A DNA stretch of 63,642 nt, counting the filler, from Reticulomyxa filosa (Eukaryota; Protista; Foraminifera), in NCBI GenBank assembly GCA_000512085.1. It is 19 parts of 19 records of this genome, joined end to end, with 100 filler letters (N's around TTAATTAATTAA, not from the genome) between each part and the next. Parts side by side here need not be neighbours in the genome. Positions count along the whole stretch, not along the records: positions 21,378 to 28,332 come from ASPP01007714.1; positions 28,433 to 34,232 come from ASPP01002546.1; positions 34,333 to 35,822 come from ASPP01014607.1; positions 35,923 to 41,977 come from ASPP01020010.1; 15 more parts are not named here. One strand, written 5' to 3'. The notes under the pieces were generated by a model. The model saw nothing but the letters and a program-made list of their open reading frames with translations. It did not search any database and was not told the DNA's origin. The stretch's first letter is position 1. Every line of letters begins with the position of its first letter. This document shows positions 24,732 to 37,796 of this stretch, in pieces. The position numbers and the translations under genes were made by a program.

Positions 24732-24935
24732 TCATCCCCAAACGCAAATGATACAGTTATCATTTTGTTTTTGTCCAATATTCTTTCCTTTTTCCTTTAA
24801 TGATGGCATATTATTTCTGTGTCCCTAATCACATACAACTCCTTCCTATTTGATCGAATATCATTTGATCCAGAGCATAACATATTTGAACTACTACCAA
24901 CTTCATATTATTTACTAAGTGATAAATATTCAGCG
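24732..24935 (-). pseudogene. Decayed 3' remnant of the WD40 gene family
   Basis: Matches 58760-59020 with deletions (…GATATTCGATCAAATAGGAAGGAGTTGTATGT…, ending ICVWG*). Confidence 0.65.
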
Positions 24936-25529
24936 TAAAAATGTTACAGAGCTTGAATGTTTATTTCTGAGATGGTCTTTTTGCTTTCTTTATCGTTTTT
25001 ATGCTTTCATTAATTGCAAGCCGTTCGTTAAGAATATTGTGTAAAAATGTTTTCTAGACAATAATCAAGAGGTTGCCGATTACAGAAATAGAAACACGTT
25101 TATTATACTCTAAAAAAATTGGATCACTTTTAAAATTTCAATCAAAATCAGAGTGAAAAAATCCGCAAAAAAAAATCATATTCATACTTTTGAACACAAG
25201 TAAAGAAAATGTCGTAAGTTGCGACTTCTAATAAATTATACGTTTTTCAAAAGATGATACTTTTGGAATTTTTGATACTATGGCAGAGCACAAAAAAACA
25301 AAAATACAAAATATTTTACCAACCAAATAAAAGAAAAATGATATTTCAACCATTTGACAAGTGCAGTTTAGCCTTTGAAGCAAAGATGTAGAATAAAATA
25401 TATAAATTTCCATCAAAAGAAAGCAACAGGTAGACATTAAATTTTATCTTATGACATCATCGCACTTGGAGAAATTCATAGTCGTCTTGACTCGTACAAT
25501 AAATCACATACAACAAGAGAAACGAAAAA

Positions 25530-27234
25530 ATGACAAAAGATTTACACGGTGCTACATTTCTCACTGAAGAGTAAGTATATTACATCAGAACAAAAATTGG
25601 AATTCTTGCACAGCATATAAACTAGTAAAAACGCTTGTTTTTGCACAGCAAACAGAATGATGTAAATCAAGCTTTGGAAAGCTATCGCGATGTAATTTTC
25701 GTGTATTTGTTTACTTTTGTCAATTTCTTTAGTAAATATCAAATAATTACAATAAGAGAAAAAGAAATCAATAAAACCATAGATTACAACACTCGAAAAT
25801 GTTAGTCAAGCTACCATCCTTCAAAGAAAGAGGGAGGAGATGAAACTAGTTAAGTAAGATTATTTACAACTTGTCTTTTACAACGAAACAGTTCAAAAAT
25901 TTCTTTGCAGCTGGACGAACAATTATTAGAGATGAAATGCAAAACTGATCAAACAATTGATGCTCTAAAAAAAAGAGAACATGATTTCAAACAAAAAGTT
26001 ATTATCATCCACTTAAAAAAAAATTACGAACCTCCTCTAAAAGATAACCATAAAATTCTAGCAAGAACAATTTCACCGACAAGTTCAACAATTTCAAAAA
26101 TATGTGCTGGAATCAGAACAAAAAAGACAGCTCAAAAATCAGCAAATTGATGAAGAAAAAAAACAACTCCATGCAAAAGTTACATTCAACATCTCTTTCA
26201 AGGGTTAGAGATGTTTTATGACTTCTAAATAGTGAAATCATTTTTTTTGACAAAAGCAAAAAATGATAGAAGAGAAACAAAAAGAGCAAGAAGATATCAA
26301 AACACAAAGTAAAACATTAGTTGAAGAGCTAAGTTTGGAATATTGCCAAAGGATTTAATTGTAATATTTTTGTAATATTATAATTCTGTCTTCATAAAAA
26401 TAAAACAGAAAGTCTTCGCCAGTATCAAAATTATCTTACTGAAGTTGCTCAATCTACTGAAAGTCAGTACTCGACTGTAGATGATGTATTGCAAAGATAT
26501 TGCATTTTGCAAGAAACACGTAGCTCATTGATAGAAAGCAATAACAAAAAACAAGAACACGTCGAAATATATTCAAAGAAATTTCACAAGTTTCTAAAAG
26601 ACAAGCAAAATGTTAATAAAACATACATGTAATTGTTTTAAACTCCAATTTAAAAGTGGCATGTTTTTGCTGTTCACGAAATACTATGGCAGGAATTGTT
26701 GGTAAAAAACATTACCCTGGCACAATGTCTGAAAAGTTTTGACGAAATCACGAAAGAGAGTCATACAATTGAGGAAAATCTTCACAAATTTCAAAATGAA
26801 AATAACGAAACGGTAGATTTCTCTTTTTTGTTGCTTAAGATTTTTTTAAAAAATGAATCTTGGATCCTCTAGGTTAGAACAGCAAACCAGCTACAGCTAG
26901 CGATTGAAAATCTGTACGAGCGAGTTTATCAATCTTTCATGATTAAAAAACCCACATATCGCAATAAGTCCAACGCGGAGTTGTTGAAAATGCCCAATAG
27001 TCACCTTTTACCACATTTTGAAATGCTACTTGATGAAATTGGTAAAAGAATATCAGATCTAATAGGTGTGCTAAATAAGTTTATATTAAATAAGGACCAT
27101 ATTTTATTTTGAATTATTTCTAAAAAAGGCTTTTTTTTAATTTGGAAATAGAAATGACTGGAGCTTCAGAAAAAAGGAAGAGTTTGAGTTTACACGAAGA
27201 CGACTTAAAAAAGGATGTGTTTACTGGATTTTAA
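25530..27234 (+). CDS. CFAP73: CFAP73/CCDC42-family (DUF4200) ciliary coiled-coil protein, about 10 exons
   Basis: Spliced reading: ATILQRKREEMK..., QFQKYVLESEQKR, QYQNYLTEV, VDDVLQRYCILQET, QLQLAIENLYERV. Regular short GT-AG introns. Confidence 0.65.
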
Positions 27235-27732
27235 GTAAAAAAAACAAACAAAGCAACATTGTGACAACACTTTCAATCTTTTCAAGTTTTAAAGAAATTT
27301 AATATTTTAACTATTTATCATTGTTTTCTGAATTTTTTTCTCCCATAATGATGATAACGATTTATCAGTACAGTTCAAGAGACAAACAAGATAAATTAAA
27401 TTTGCAATTAAAGTAGGTTTACAGAAGCCAGCAGAAGTTTTTGCTTGATTTTTTTCCGACAATGGACTTTTGGACACGTTAAAATTGCCAACGACACAAG
27501 TGTTTGAAATACTTAAAATTTTTGTGGTGAAAAATTTTGTGCAAGAAATTTCTTTGCAGAAAGGGGGGGGGGGATAGAGAAATTTTGTTCCGCAATGAAT
27601 GAAAAAAGAAGGAAATTTTTTTGTGTTTTTTTTTTTTAATATAATTTTTTGACAAAAATGACAACAATAAAAAAAGATGTTACTTTGTGGTCTCCATCTA
27701 TTTCGTTTGGAGCCAAGAAATGCAAAAGAAAA

Positions 27733-28270
27733 TCAACCTGGTAAAGTTGATGTGGAAGATTGGCTAATGACATCTTGGTCACTTTTGTCATCGTGACTGT
27801 TTTCATTCTCTTTCTCGCCAATTAATTTTTTTTCCAAAGTTTTGGTGGCTAGAACAATGCAACGTTTTTCCAGACGGCGATGGCACGACTTACAAAACTT
27901 TTCATAACAAAAGAAGTTGAACTGTAGCCAAATGCAGACGACGTTGACGACACCGTCGATGGGGATCATGATCACGTCGTCGAGCAAGTTGAGAGTGGCC
28001 CCGAGCCAACGATGGTTGCCGCGAGGCGGATTCGTGGTCGAGGTCATCCCACTACTATCATCGTGATGCGTCGGTTTATACATTTGATAGATTTCCGTCG
28101 AGAAGCTCGCCAAGTTCACAGACAGCAATAGCAACGTGACGCTCAGAGAGAGCACAGATAAAAGAGTGTGTCTAGTCACCAGCACGACCAACTTCAGCTG
28201 GCCCTCGGTCAAGTCAAGTTGATATTCGGTCAGTTCCTTCCGAAGTCCGTTTACCATTCCAATATAAAAA
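27733..28270 (-). CDS. Multi-pass (GPCR-like) membrane protein, last two TM helices and tail; 5' truncated
   Basis: Hydrophobic TRHTLLSVLSLSVTLLLLSV and IDGVVNVVCIWLQF, followed by CYEKFCKSCH. Confidence 0.5.
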
Positions 28271-28295
28271 TTTCTTGACCCTGAATGTGCCCCTT

Positions 28296-28328
<33 letters not shown>

Positions 28329-28432
28329 TATANNNNNNNNNNNNNNNNNNNNNNNNNNNNNNNNNNNNNNNNNNNNTTAATTAATTAANNNNNNNNNNNN
28401 NNNNNNNNNNNNNNNNNNNNNNNNNNNNNNNN

Positions 28433-28725
28433 AAAGATAAAGACAAAGACAAAGACAAAGACAAAGATAAAAACAAAGACAAAGGCCAATCGGAAGATAG
28501 TAAACACAATGAAAATGAACAATCCCGTTCCATTGAACATGAAAGCGAAACTACAACACACAACAATACAAGTACAAAAGTAAGTCCAATTCAAAAACAA
28601 ATGGACTCTGCTTTAATGAGAGTTGCACAAGTTTTCCAAAATTGTGCCAATTCTTCTGACAGAAACGACTCAAAAAACACAAACGGAGTTAAAGACGAAA
28701 ATTCAGAGAAACAAAAGTTTTCATA
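28433..28725 (+). CDS. 3' end of a hypothetical gene with (DK)n repeat
   Basis: An (AAAGAC/T)n repeat continues in an open frame to TAG near 28725. Confidence 0.35.
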
Positions 28726-29318
28726 GGGATCATCATCAGATCTGCTATTGAAAGATAAATTAGACTTATCGTCGTTGCTTTGTTGTTGTTTTTTTTTTTT
28801 TTCGATACTTTTTTTTTTTTTTTGGTGTTGTTGGTGTTGTTGTTTTTTTCGGCCTCGCCAACAAGCGAAAGAGGGAAAATTTATACATATCTTTTTTGTT
28901 TTATTTGTGTGTTTTACATTTTGTCAGACGCTCGCATTTTATCATCTCAACATGTTAGCAAAGTTGTTCTGTGCTAAGAGTGCCTTATTCAAAAAAAAAA
29001 TTTTTCTTGATGAATTCCATATTTGTCCTAGATTAACAGAAAAAACATTTACAACTTTGAATGTTTAAGTACAACGCTCAGGATCAGTTTCCATCAAAAA
29101 TGCAATTTCTGTCAGTCAAAATCCAATCTGATAGTCGAAAAAATTAGATTCTCTGCTTTTGATGTTGATGTGACTAGCTAGATACTCTCCACAATCATTT
29201 TTTTTTAAACGTGGAGCAACATTTTTATACTGTTTGAAAATACCACTTTGTACCGAGTTTCAACAAGGTTCCTTTATGAATTTTGCCAAAAAATTTGGTA
29301 ACACAATCAATTGTTTTT

Positions 29319-30107
29319 ATGTATGTCGCTCTTTTTCAAATATTCCTCATTATTTTTTGTTCAATTGGAGTTAAGGAGTATTTGATAATTTCCAATAAAG
29401 AAAAAAGAGAAAAATTAATAACCTACGTTAACACAGTGCTACAGCGTAATCAACGACACATGGTTTCAGTATCATCCAATATTCATGATCATCGGCTTTC
29501 TTGGGTTAATGGGTAACGCAGTGTCATTTGTAAGATTTGGACATGACCATTGGAAGCATACATTTTGCCAACTTCTCGCAGCAGTTTGTTATAACTTTGG
29601 ATGGTATGTTATTTGGACTCACAAAAGCTCACGTAACAAACCCCATAACACCAGTTGGCATTCGTGGGTTGCTTTACCCGTGCTTTTGATGGCCAACACT
29701 TCAGTTTGGTCCAATGTATCAGCTTGACTGACGGATAGAAATTTCTATCAACTGTGAATATTATTTACTCTTTTTTTTTTTTGTGCAGGAAAAAGTTTTA
29801 CTATGCGAAAAAATTTGTGTATCATTATTTTCTTCGGGCAAACATAATTGACTCATTTTACCACTTGTTGCATTCATATTCTTTATAGATACTATTGGCC
29901 TTAAAAGATATGTGGCCAGGAAATTCTCCTGCCAAAAGAGCAGAGGGACGCAATTTGCATATTAAATCCGGACGCATTTTGGTATTCGGAGGTTTGTTAT
30001 CTTGTGCTATGGGATGGTACAAAATGAAAATGTTTGGGATGTCCGACATGATATGGTTTTGGAGCGGTTTATTGTTGATCGGTTTAGTTTTGCTTCGATA
30101 TCTTTGA
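29319..30107 (+). CDS. Cytochrome b561 family transmembrane protein (3 exons)
   Basis: WFQYHPIFMIIGF, HTFCQ, KPHNTSWHSW and HIKSGR give the four heme-ligand His pattern. In-frame intron at ~29370-29436. Confidence 0.8.
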
Positions 30108-31417
30108 GATTTAAACACTGCATTCTAAGATGATTGAACGATGTTTTTCATATGTTTGCTGTGTTATTCAAATAAACTTTCCAAGAATTTTATTTTCTCA
30201 CAAAAATGTTTACTTCTTTGAAAATAATTCAGAACAGCTTATGTGAAATTTTCTTCTATTTATTTGCTTATAGAAATCAGCATGCAAGTATTCATATTAA
30301 TATGCATAATCATTTTCTTTAGTGTCTAACTCATACATAAATATAATGCTTCTGCATATATACAAAAAGGTTTTCGTTTTGAAAGCTTTTTCAAATGTAC
30401 AAAGGAATTTTAGCGAACACATATGAAGTTCAACATTGTATTCATTCTGGATTGAAATAAAACAATATGAAATTATTTATTTGATCTGAATGTAACATAA
30501 GTCACATAATCAAAAAGATCAAATAGCATTGTCATTGTAACGAACACATAAAATACATGCAGTGACAAGAGTACTGTGTCAGTAATTTTGTCACTATATG
30601 TAAACAAGATGAAATGCAGTTGAAAATGAAATTGATGCAGTAGAAACAAAATATCTAATTAGATATATCCAATCACTGGAAGAAGAAACACAATACAATA
30701 GTTTTCTCAATAATTCGAAAAAGATATCATAATATGAAATATTGTAAAGACAGACTAAGAAAAAAACATATTTATTTGTAATTGTTTGTAAACATACAGA
30801 ATCATACTATTCTGAAAAAATGAAAGAACATTTAGTGATTGAAATAAAAACAGATGAATAAATGAATTGTAACGCTTTACATAATGAAGTTCATCAAGTA
30901 GATATCACACAAGATGAGATATATGTCATCACCTGATGATATGCTCAACAATATTATTAAAAATAGATTACAAAAAATGTTTAGTTTATTTGTGTTATTA
31001 TTCAATTGGAGTTTCAAAATTGTATATGTTCCAAGATTATTGAATATAGCAAATGATGTTCCAATTCAAAAACCAGATATATATCACAGTATATGCAAGA
31101 ATTACATAATAATATAATTGTTTTATTGAGTTAGGAAATTATTGTAAAGAATTAGATAATGTACTTATTGTTATATAGCTTCCTTAAAGACAAATTGTGC
31201 AATTGCAAAAACAGTATAAAATCCAGTATCAATTTATACAAGTGATAAAAAAGAAATGAAAAAATAATTGGATTTTGTTCAAACAAGTTTGGAAATGTGT
31301 CAAAAAAACATCAAGAAGTATGGCAATAAATAAATTGACAAAAAAAAAAAGAATATATTTATCAACAAAAAGATCTGATTCAAATTATACATACATTCTA
31401 TCAAAATCTCTTTTCTT

Positions 31418-34175
31418 TCAATTGATTATATCTTTCGCTGATTCAATACTCACTAGCTCTGTTTCTCCTTTTTTTTTGATATGTAATGAAAAAGCAATTG
31501 TTAAAAAAGATATAGAAATTAAATAAAGTTAAACTTTTTTTGTTTTCACGATTGAAATTGCAAAAGGAATATTGCGAAATAATGATAGCCAATATAAAAC
31601 AGATATCTATTGCAATAAATCCAACACAAAAAAAGATCATGACAGCATGTGGATTATAGTACATTTCATCACCAAATGCAGCAGATAACACCCAAATGAC
31701 TTGTTGAAATACAAAAGGTCCAACCAACATGGATAATGGAAATGCAGGAGTTTCTTTAGATAATTTGTAATAGAGTATATTATTATCTTTATCATTATTC
31801 AATAGATGTACTGCCAATAAATCATGTTGTTTATTAGTTTTGTTTTTATTTAATAAATACTGAAATTTCAAAATATTAGATATAATTACCATTGCACATA
31901 ATGGTACAATAAGAGGACAAAATAATCCTACTAATATTACTAATTCTACATTTGCAAACAAACTTACAGTTTGAAAATTTAATTTTGTAGGAGGACCACT
32001 GATTAATGGACAACTTTGACATTGAATTCGAGAAATAAGATCATTTAGTAATACTGGAATCCATGGTGTAAATATATTAATTACCATTTTGACTACCATA
32101 ACATTTCCCCATTTTTCAAGAATTTCACGAATACATCCACCTTTTTTTTTATTATTTGATAAATTTAAATAAATATACTATATATACACATATATACATA
32201 TATATTTAAACTAGGTTGAAAAGTTGGAACTTTACACAAATCACCCCAGTCCAACACTACATCATTTTCGTCTATGAACCATTCAATGGATTGATTGTAA
32301 TGCCATCGATAAGTAAGAATAGTCTCCTCCATATTTTGTTGATTACAAGTATCCCAATAATGTATCCATTTTCCACCACAATTATTGTAAAAATATAAAG
32401 CAAGAATAAGAGGAATTGGAATACATACTAAAGTCCGTAATAATAATGCCAGATAACCTCGAGCTTTTCGAACCAATATACGATTTTTAATTCCTGCAAA
32501 ATAAACAATAAATTCAATTATATAAAAAGCAAGATTTGGTGAAATAAAAGAATTATGTATTGATAATACCAAAGACATAATAATTTGAATAAAATAAAGT
32601 AATGAAGATGATATATGTAATGTATTATTATCTGGAAATGATTCAAATGCAAAATACATTATCACACATGTTATTGCTAAACACCATTCTAAAAATGTAA
32701 TTATAAACATCATTCCTTTTTGACAAGTAAATGGATGTAATTTGTAATTTAATGATGTATTATCAATTATATTAGTTGTAAGGAATGAAGATTGTATTAT
32801 CCATCGAAATGTATAAATTAAAATTATACCATTAGATAATAAAATAATTAATACTAATATAATTGTTATTGATAAAGACGAATTTTCAAAATATGCTAAT
32901 GATACATGTGATAATGGATATCCTTTTTCATAATATGTAGCATGTAATACATAAATTATTACCAAAGTAATTATTATTATTGTTTCAAGCCAATTATTTA
33001 ATAATCTCAATAATACTTTCATTTGTTTGAATCCAGGATGAATTGGAAGTTTTGCTCGCATTGAACCACAAAAACGTCTATCTCCACATCGTTGTTTAAT
33101 AAATGAAATTTTTTTAAATTGACGCAAAAATAATATTAATGTAGTTACAATAACAGCTCCAATTAACATCATTTCCACAAATACACTACTATTTGCAACA
33201 TATAAATTTTTTGCATTTCTTTCATCACTTGATACATAATCTGGTAATGATTGATCTTCATATACTTTATACCATGTTTTTCCTTGTGAAAATCGATTAC
33301 CTGATAAATATAATCCATTCTTTAATTTCATTGAAACATTAAATGATAATCTTAATTCTATTTATAATTTATTTTTTTTTTTTGTTATTGATATATATTC
33401 AAATAAAACAAACTAAAAACCTGAATCGGTGAAATCAACAATAATATTATTTCGAGTACTGAAATCACCAGCCTGCAATAATCCATTAGGCATTGGACCA
33501 GATAAACGATTTTTTAATAAAGTGGAAAATGCAATATTTCCTTGAATATCACTCCAAGGCAATAATCCATTTATTCCGCAATCATGCGCAAGAAGCATTG
33601 TTACACTTGAATTATATAAATATTTTGGAAGTTGTCCTGTGAGTTGTTGATTACCATATATCGATAATATTTGCAATATTGATGTTTTTGAAATTAATTC
33701 AGTCAACCTTTTAATATACATATATATATATCTTATTTTAATTATCAAAAAAAAAATATATATATATATATTTATATATATTAACCATTCATGTAAATTA
33801 TGATCTGAAAATTGATTTCTATGTAATGTAAAAATAAATGTTGTATTCATTTGATTAGGCAATTTAGGTAATCTACCATTAAAATTGTTATTTTCAATTG
33901 ATAAAATTCTCAAATAATTCCAATTGAAACTTCCATTAAATGGAATTGTTCCACTTAGCATATTATCATTAACAGAAACAATAATCAATGAAGGCAATTT
34001 GTGTAATGCTGGCAACTCACCACTTAATTTGTTATGACTCAATACCAAATATTGTAACATAGATAAATTTTCAATTCCTTTTGGTATAGTTCCACTCAAT
34101 TGATTTTGACTTAATACAATATGAGTTAAATTTTTCAAAGTTCCAATTTCTTCTGGTATAGTTCCCTTCAATCTG
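31418..34175 (-). CDS. Extracellular-type LRR protein fused to a ~10-11 TM domain; 5' truncated, multi-exon
   Basis: Plant-type LxxLxLSxNxLSGxIP repeats at 33413-34171 continue (LYLSGNRFS) into many hydrophobic helices at 31443-33331. Confidence 0.75.
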
Positions 34176-34187
34176 TTTTAAAAAATT

Positions 34188-34232
<45 letters not shown>

Positions 34233-34332
34233 NNNNNNNNNNNNNNNNNNNNNNNNNNNNNNNNNNNNNNNNNNNNTTAATTAATTAANNNNNNNNNNNN
34301 NNNNNNNNNNNNNNNNNNNNNNNNNNNNNNNN

Positions 34333-34374
<42 letters not shown>

Positions 34375-34443
34375 TTCGTTTCATTTGAACTTTTTTCGTT
34401 TGTTTTTTTTTAATTGTTTTGTTTTTTTTTTTTTTACTTGCCT

Positions 34444-34878
34444 CGTTAGTGTTCTAAATCTATCTTGTCCGGCTGTGTCCCACATCGCCAATTTGATCCG
34501 TTTGTTTCGAACTGTTACCACTTTCACTTTCAAGTCCACTCCAACTGTGGACATTACTTTGTCGTCAAATGGCTCTGATATGAAGGACAACTATTGAAAT
34601 TGTTAAAGGGAAACGAGGAAGCGTTTTTATTTACTTCAACGCTTTTGTACACTCTTTTTTTTTACTCTCTTTTCTTTAGCCTCTCTTTTTCTCCCTCAAA
34701 AAAATTTCTGTTTTCTCACAGTACCAAGAGACATGTTTTTCCAACACCAGAGTCGCCAACCTAAAAAAAAACAAAATAATATACATTATACATTTATTTT
34801 CAAAATGTCTCATCTGAAGGGAAAAACACCAACCAATAAAAGCTTCAGAAAATAATCTTCAGTGCTTGGGGCTGCCAT
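34444..34878 (-). CDS. RAB18: Rab GTPase, Rab18-like, first three exons (3' truncated)
   Basis: FLKLLL|VGDSGVGKTCLL|...STVGVDLKVK...IKLAMWDTAGQDRFRTLT. Confidence 0.85.
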
Positions 34879-35227
34879 TATATACTTTTATCTTTTGATG
34901 GAGGAAAAATCCACAAGGGAAGTTCAGTTTTACCCTTTTTTTCTAAAGTGAAAGTGTTTTGGAATTTGTAATCATTTTTCTCTTTTTTCGTCTCTTTGCA
35001 AAGCATCATCCACAATAAAATTTTTCAAGCTTAAGCAAAATGCCTAATGTTTCCTGCAAAGAGAAAACATCACTTTAACTGTGGCTCGGAAGTGATTGAA
35101 GATAACAAAAAAAAAGCAAACGACTAGCACAAAATCAAGCTTTCACAAATAGTGCGGCCATTTGTTTAAATGAGCACTGTCACGTTTTTTTTTTTTTGCG
35201 GATTTACTTTGCAATTATTAATTGATC

Positions 35228-35765
35228 ATGTCTCAAGTATCAGAAAATTCGGCGCTTCGCAAAGTGGTACAATCGAAATACTTTTGGATGTCATTGGGCT
35301 TGATGACAGCATCATCAATGATATTCTATGATTGGTACCGAGACCGCTACGCCAAGCCAGAAGTGAGATACGAGCGAATACAAGTAGACTGGCAACTGAG
35401 TACAATGCGCATGTTCAAGATTCGCAAGGCATTCCTGGAAGAAATGGAACAGGGATTGGAGGACAAGACAGCCTCGAACTTAGTGAAGAAATCGTCGTTG
35501 AAAATGATTCCATCAAACGTGGTGAAGGTACCGAACGGTACAGAGACAGGAGTATTTTACACATTAGATTGGGGTGGAAGTAACTACCGTGTATTGAAGA
35601 TCGAGTTCAAAGGTAAAAACCAAAAGACCATCTCAAAAGAAACCCGAATCAAGATAAGCGAAGAGTTCCAAAAGACAGACAATAAAGACAAACTATTTAA
35701 GCATTTGGTGTTGGTTTTGAAAGATCATATCCAACAGTGTGACCCTGACAGACTAAAAAAGTTCA
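35228..35765 (+). CDS. HXK: Hexokinase, first exon (3' truncated), with N-terminal hydrophobic anchor
   Basis: SSLKMIPSNV..PNGTETGVFYTLDWGGSNYRV, the hexokinase phosphate-1 motif. Confidence 0.9.
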
Positions 35766-35979
35766 GTTGAGATGTATTTTTTTTTTTTTTTTTAAAAAGT
35801 TGAACTTAAAAAAAAAAAAAAANNNNNNNNNNNNNNNNNNNNNNNNNNNNNNNNNNNNNNNNNNNNTTAATTAATTAANNNNNNNNNNNNNNNNNNNNNN
35901 NNNNNNNNNNNNNNNNNNNNNNTTTTTTTTTTTTTTTTTTTTTTTGAGAATTTAAAAAAAAAAAAATGGAGTGAGTTGT

Positions 35980-37759
35980 ACCTGAAATCTACTGTTTCAG
36001 ACCACATTGCCGCTGCAAAAAAAGAGACGTCCATGACGTTTAAAATTAACACAAAACGCATATTTATTAAAGTTAAAAAGCGCAATTAGTAAGGAGTTGT
36101 TTTAATATAAATAAATGTGTACCTTCTCCACCCAGGACGTGGTGGGCATCTTTGTCTTGCACATTGTTGCCAGTAATCGGATCCAATAAATACATTTCTT
36201 TCCAATTGGTCCACGTCCAATCTAAATACCAAATGTGAGACAAAATGACATCGAAACCCTCACTCACTATTGTCGGAATGTTTTGCTTCTTGTGCGGCTG
36301 CCAGAAGTGGATCACGGTATCTTTGGCTTTTAAAAGTTTGTTTATTGATACATGTATGCATATATGCATATATGTATATGTGCACATGGACAACAACAAC
36401 AACAAATAACAACAATACATTGAATGTTGTCACACAAACGCAATCTAAACGTAAAGAATGATGAAAATTGTCGTACACTTCGTTCCACACCACTGGCCTG
36501 CGACCGTGTTTGATAGATAATTCACGCGCTTTGAATACAAAATATTTGTACACATCTTTCCCCACTCGAACATTATTATGTTGCATCCATTGTCGCACAT
36601 GTTTATCATTTTCATAACATTCATACGTCACTTCATCTGCTCCAAGGTGTAACAACTCATCTTTATTTATTTATATATAAAAAATATTGTCCGGCCCCTT
36701 TTTTTTTTTTTTGCAAACACAAATACAATCTTACCAGGAAAACGTTCCGAGGCTTCTTTAAATAGTGCTTTAAATATATTTTTTGTTTTGCTTTTTTTTT
36801 TAAAAAAAAGAGAATTTTAAAAACAGCACAGCAAAATAGATTAACTAATAACCATCAATGATGTTCCATGTTAATTCTTTGGAAGGATCGAGTAAGTGAG
36901 GCTGGTAGGGCAGCAAGCAATAGAATGTAGCAGGAGTGATAAAACAAAAATCAAAAATCATAGAATCAATGATAACAACAACAACAACAAAGAGATAAGA
37001 AGGGAATTGGAGTGAGTGAAAAAAAAGAGTGAAGGAAAAAAAAAGCAAAACTGAGGGCTTGGGACATGACACGTTGATGCACAATTGCGGGTAACCGACA
37101 CACCAAGACCCGGCATGTCCTGGCGTATCGAACTCTGGAATGACGCGAATACCTCGAATACGAGCATACTCGATGATATCCAAAATATCACTTTCGGAAT
37201 AGCGCTCATTCGCAGAGTACGCACCTTTCCACAACTCACTATTGACTCTACTCTGATAAGGGAATGCCTCTTCATCTACCACATGCCAATGGAAGACACT
37301 TTTCGCAGTTATTATTGTTGTTGTTGTTGTTGTTGTTGTTTCAAGGTTGGTTATTTTCAATCTCATTTAAAACCCTCCAAACCAAACAGACAAAAAAAAA
37401 AAAAAAAAAAGGTGGAGTCTGTCTCACTTAAGTTTTACAAAGGTCATTGCATCCAATAAGTGCTTGATGACTGGAACTGGATGAAAATGTCTATTTACCA
37501 GATTAATACAATTTGAGGACATTTGCCTCTAAACTTTCTCCCCTCACTCTTTTTTTTTTTTTAAAAATATAAGGTTTGTTTGATCTGTGACTGAACCGAG
37601 AGCAATCGAGCAATAACCCCCGGTGAGAGAATCTTGGAAAGTCGTCGATATACGCACTCATTGACTCATATCGCTCCAGGTCGAAGTTGTAATGTACCAT
37701 TTGTGCAAAAGTCTCCATGCCTTTAAGTGAAAAGAAACACATACATATACATATATATG

Positions 37760-37796
<37 letters not shown>

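Noticed and set aside
30330-31300. Possible minus-strand membrane-protein gene
   Set aside because: Hydrophobic-looking pieces, but frequent stops and no recognisable motif. At most a decayed relic.
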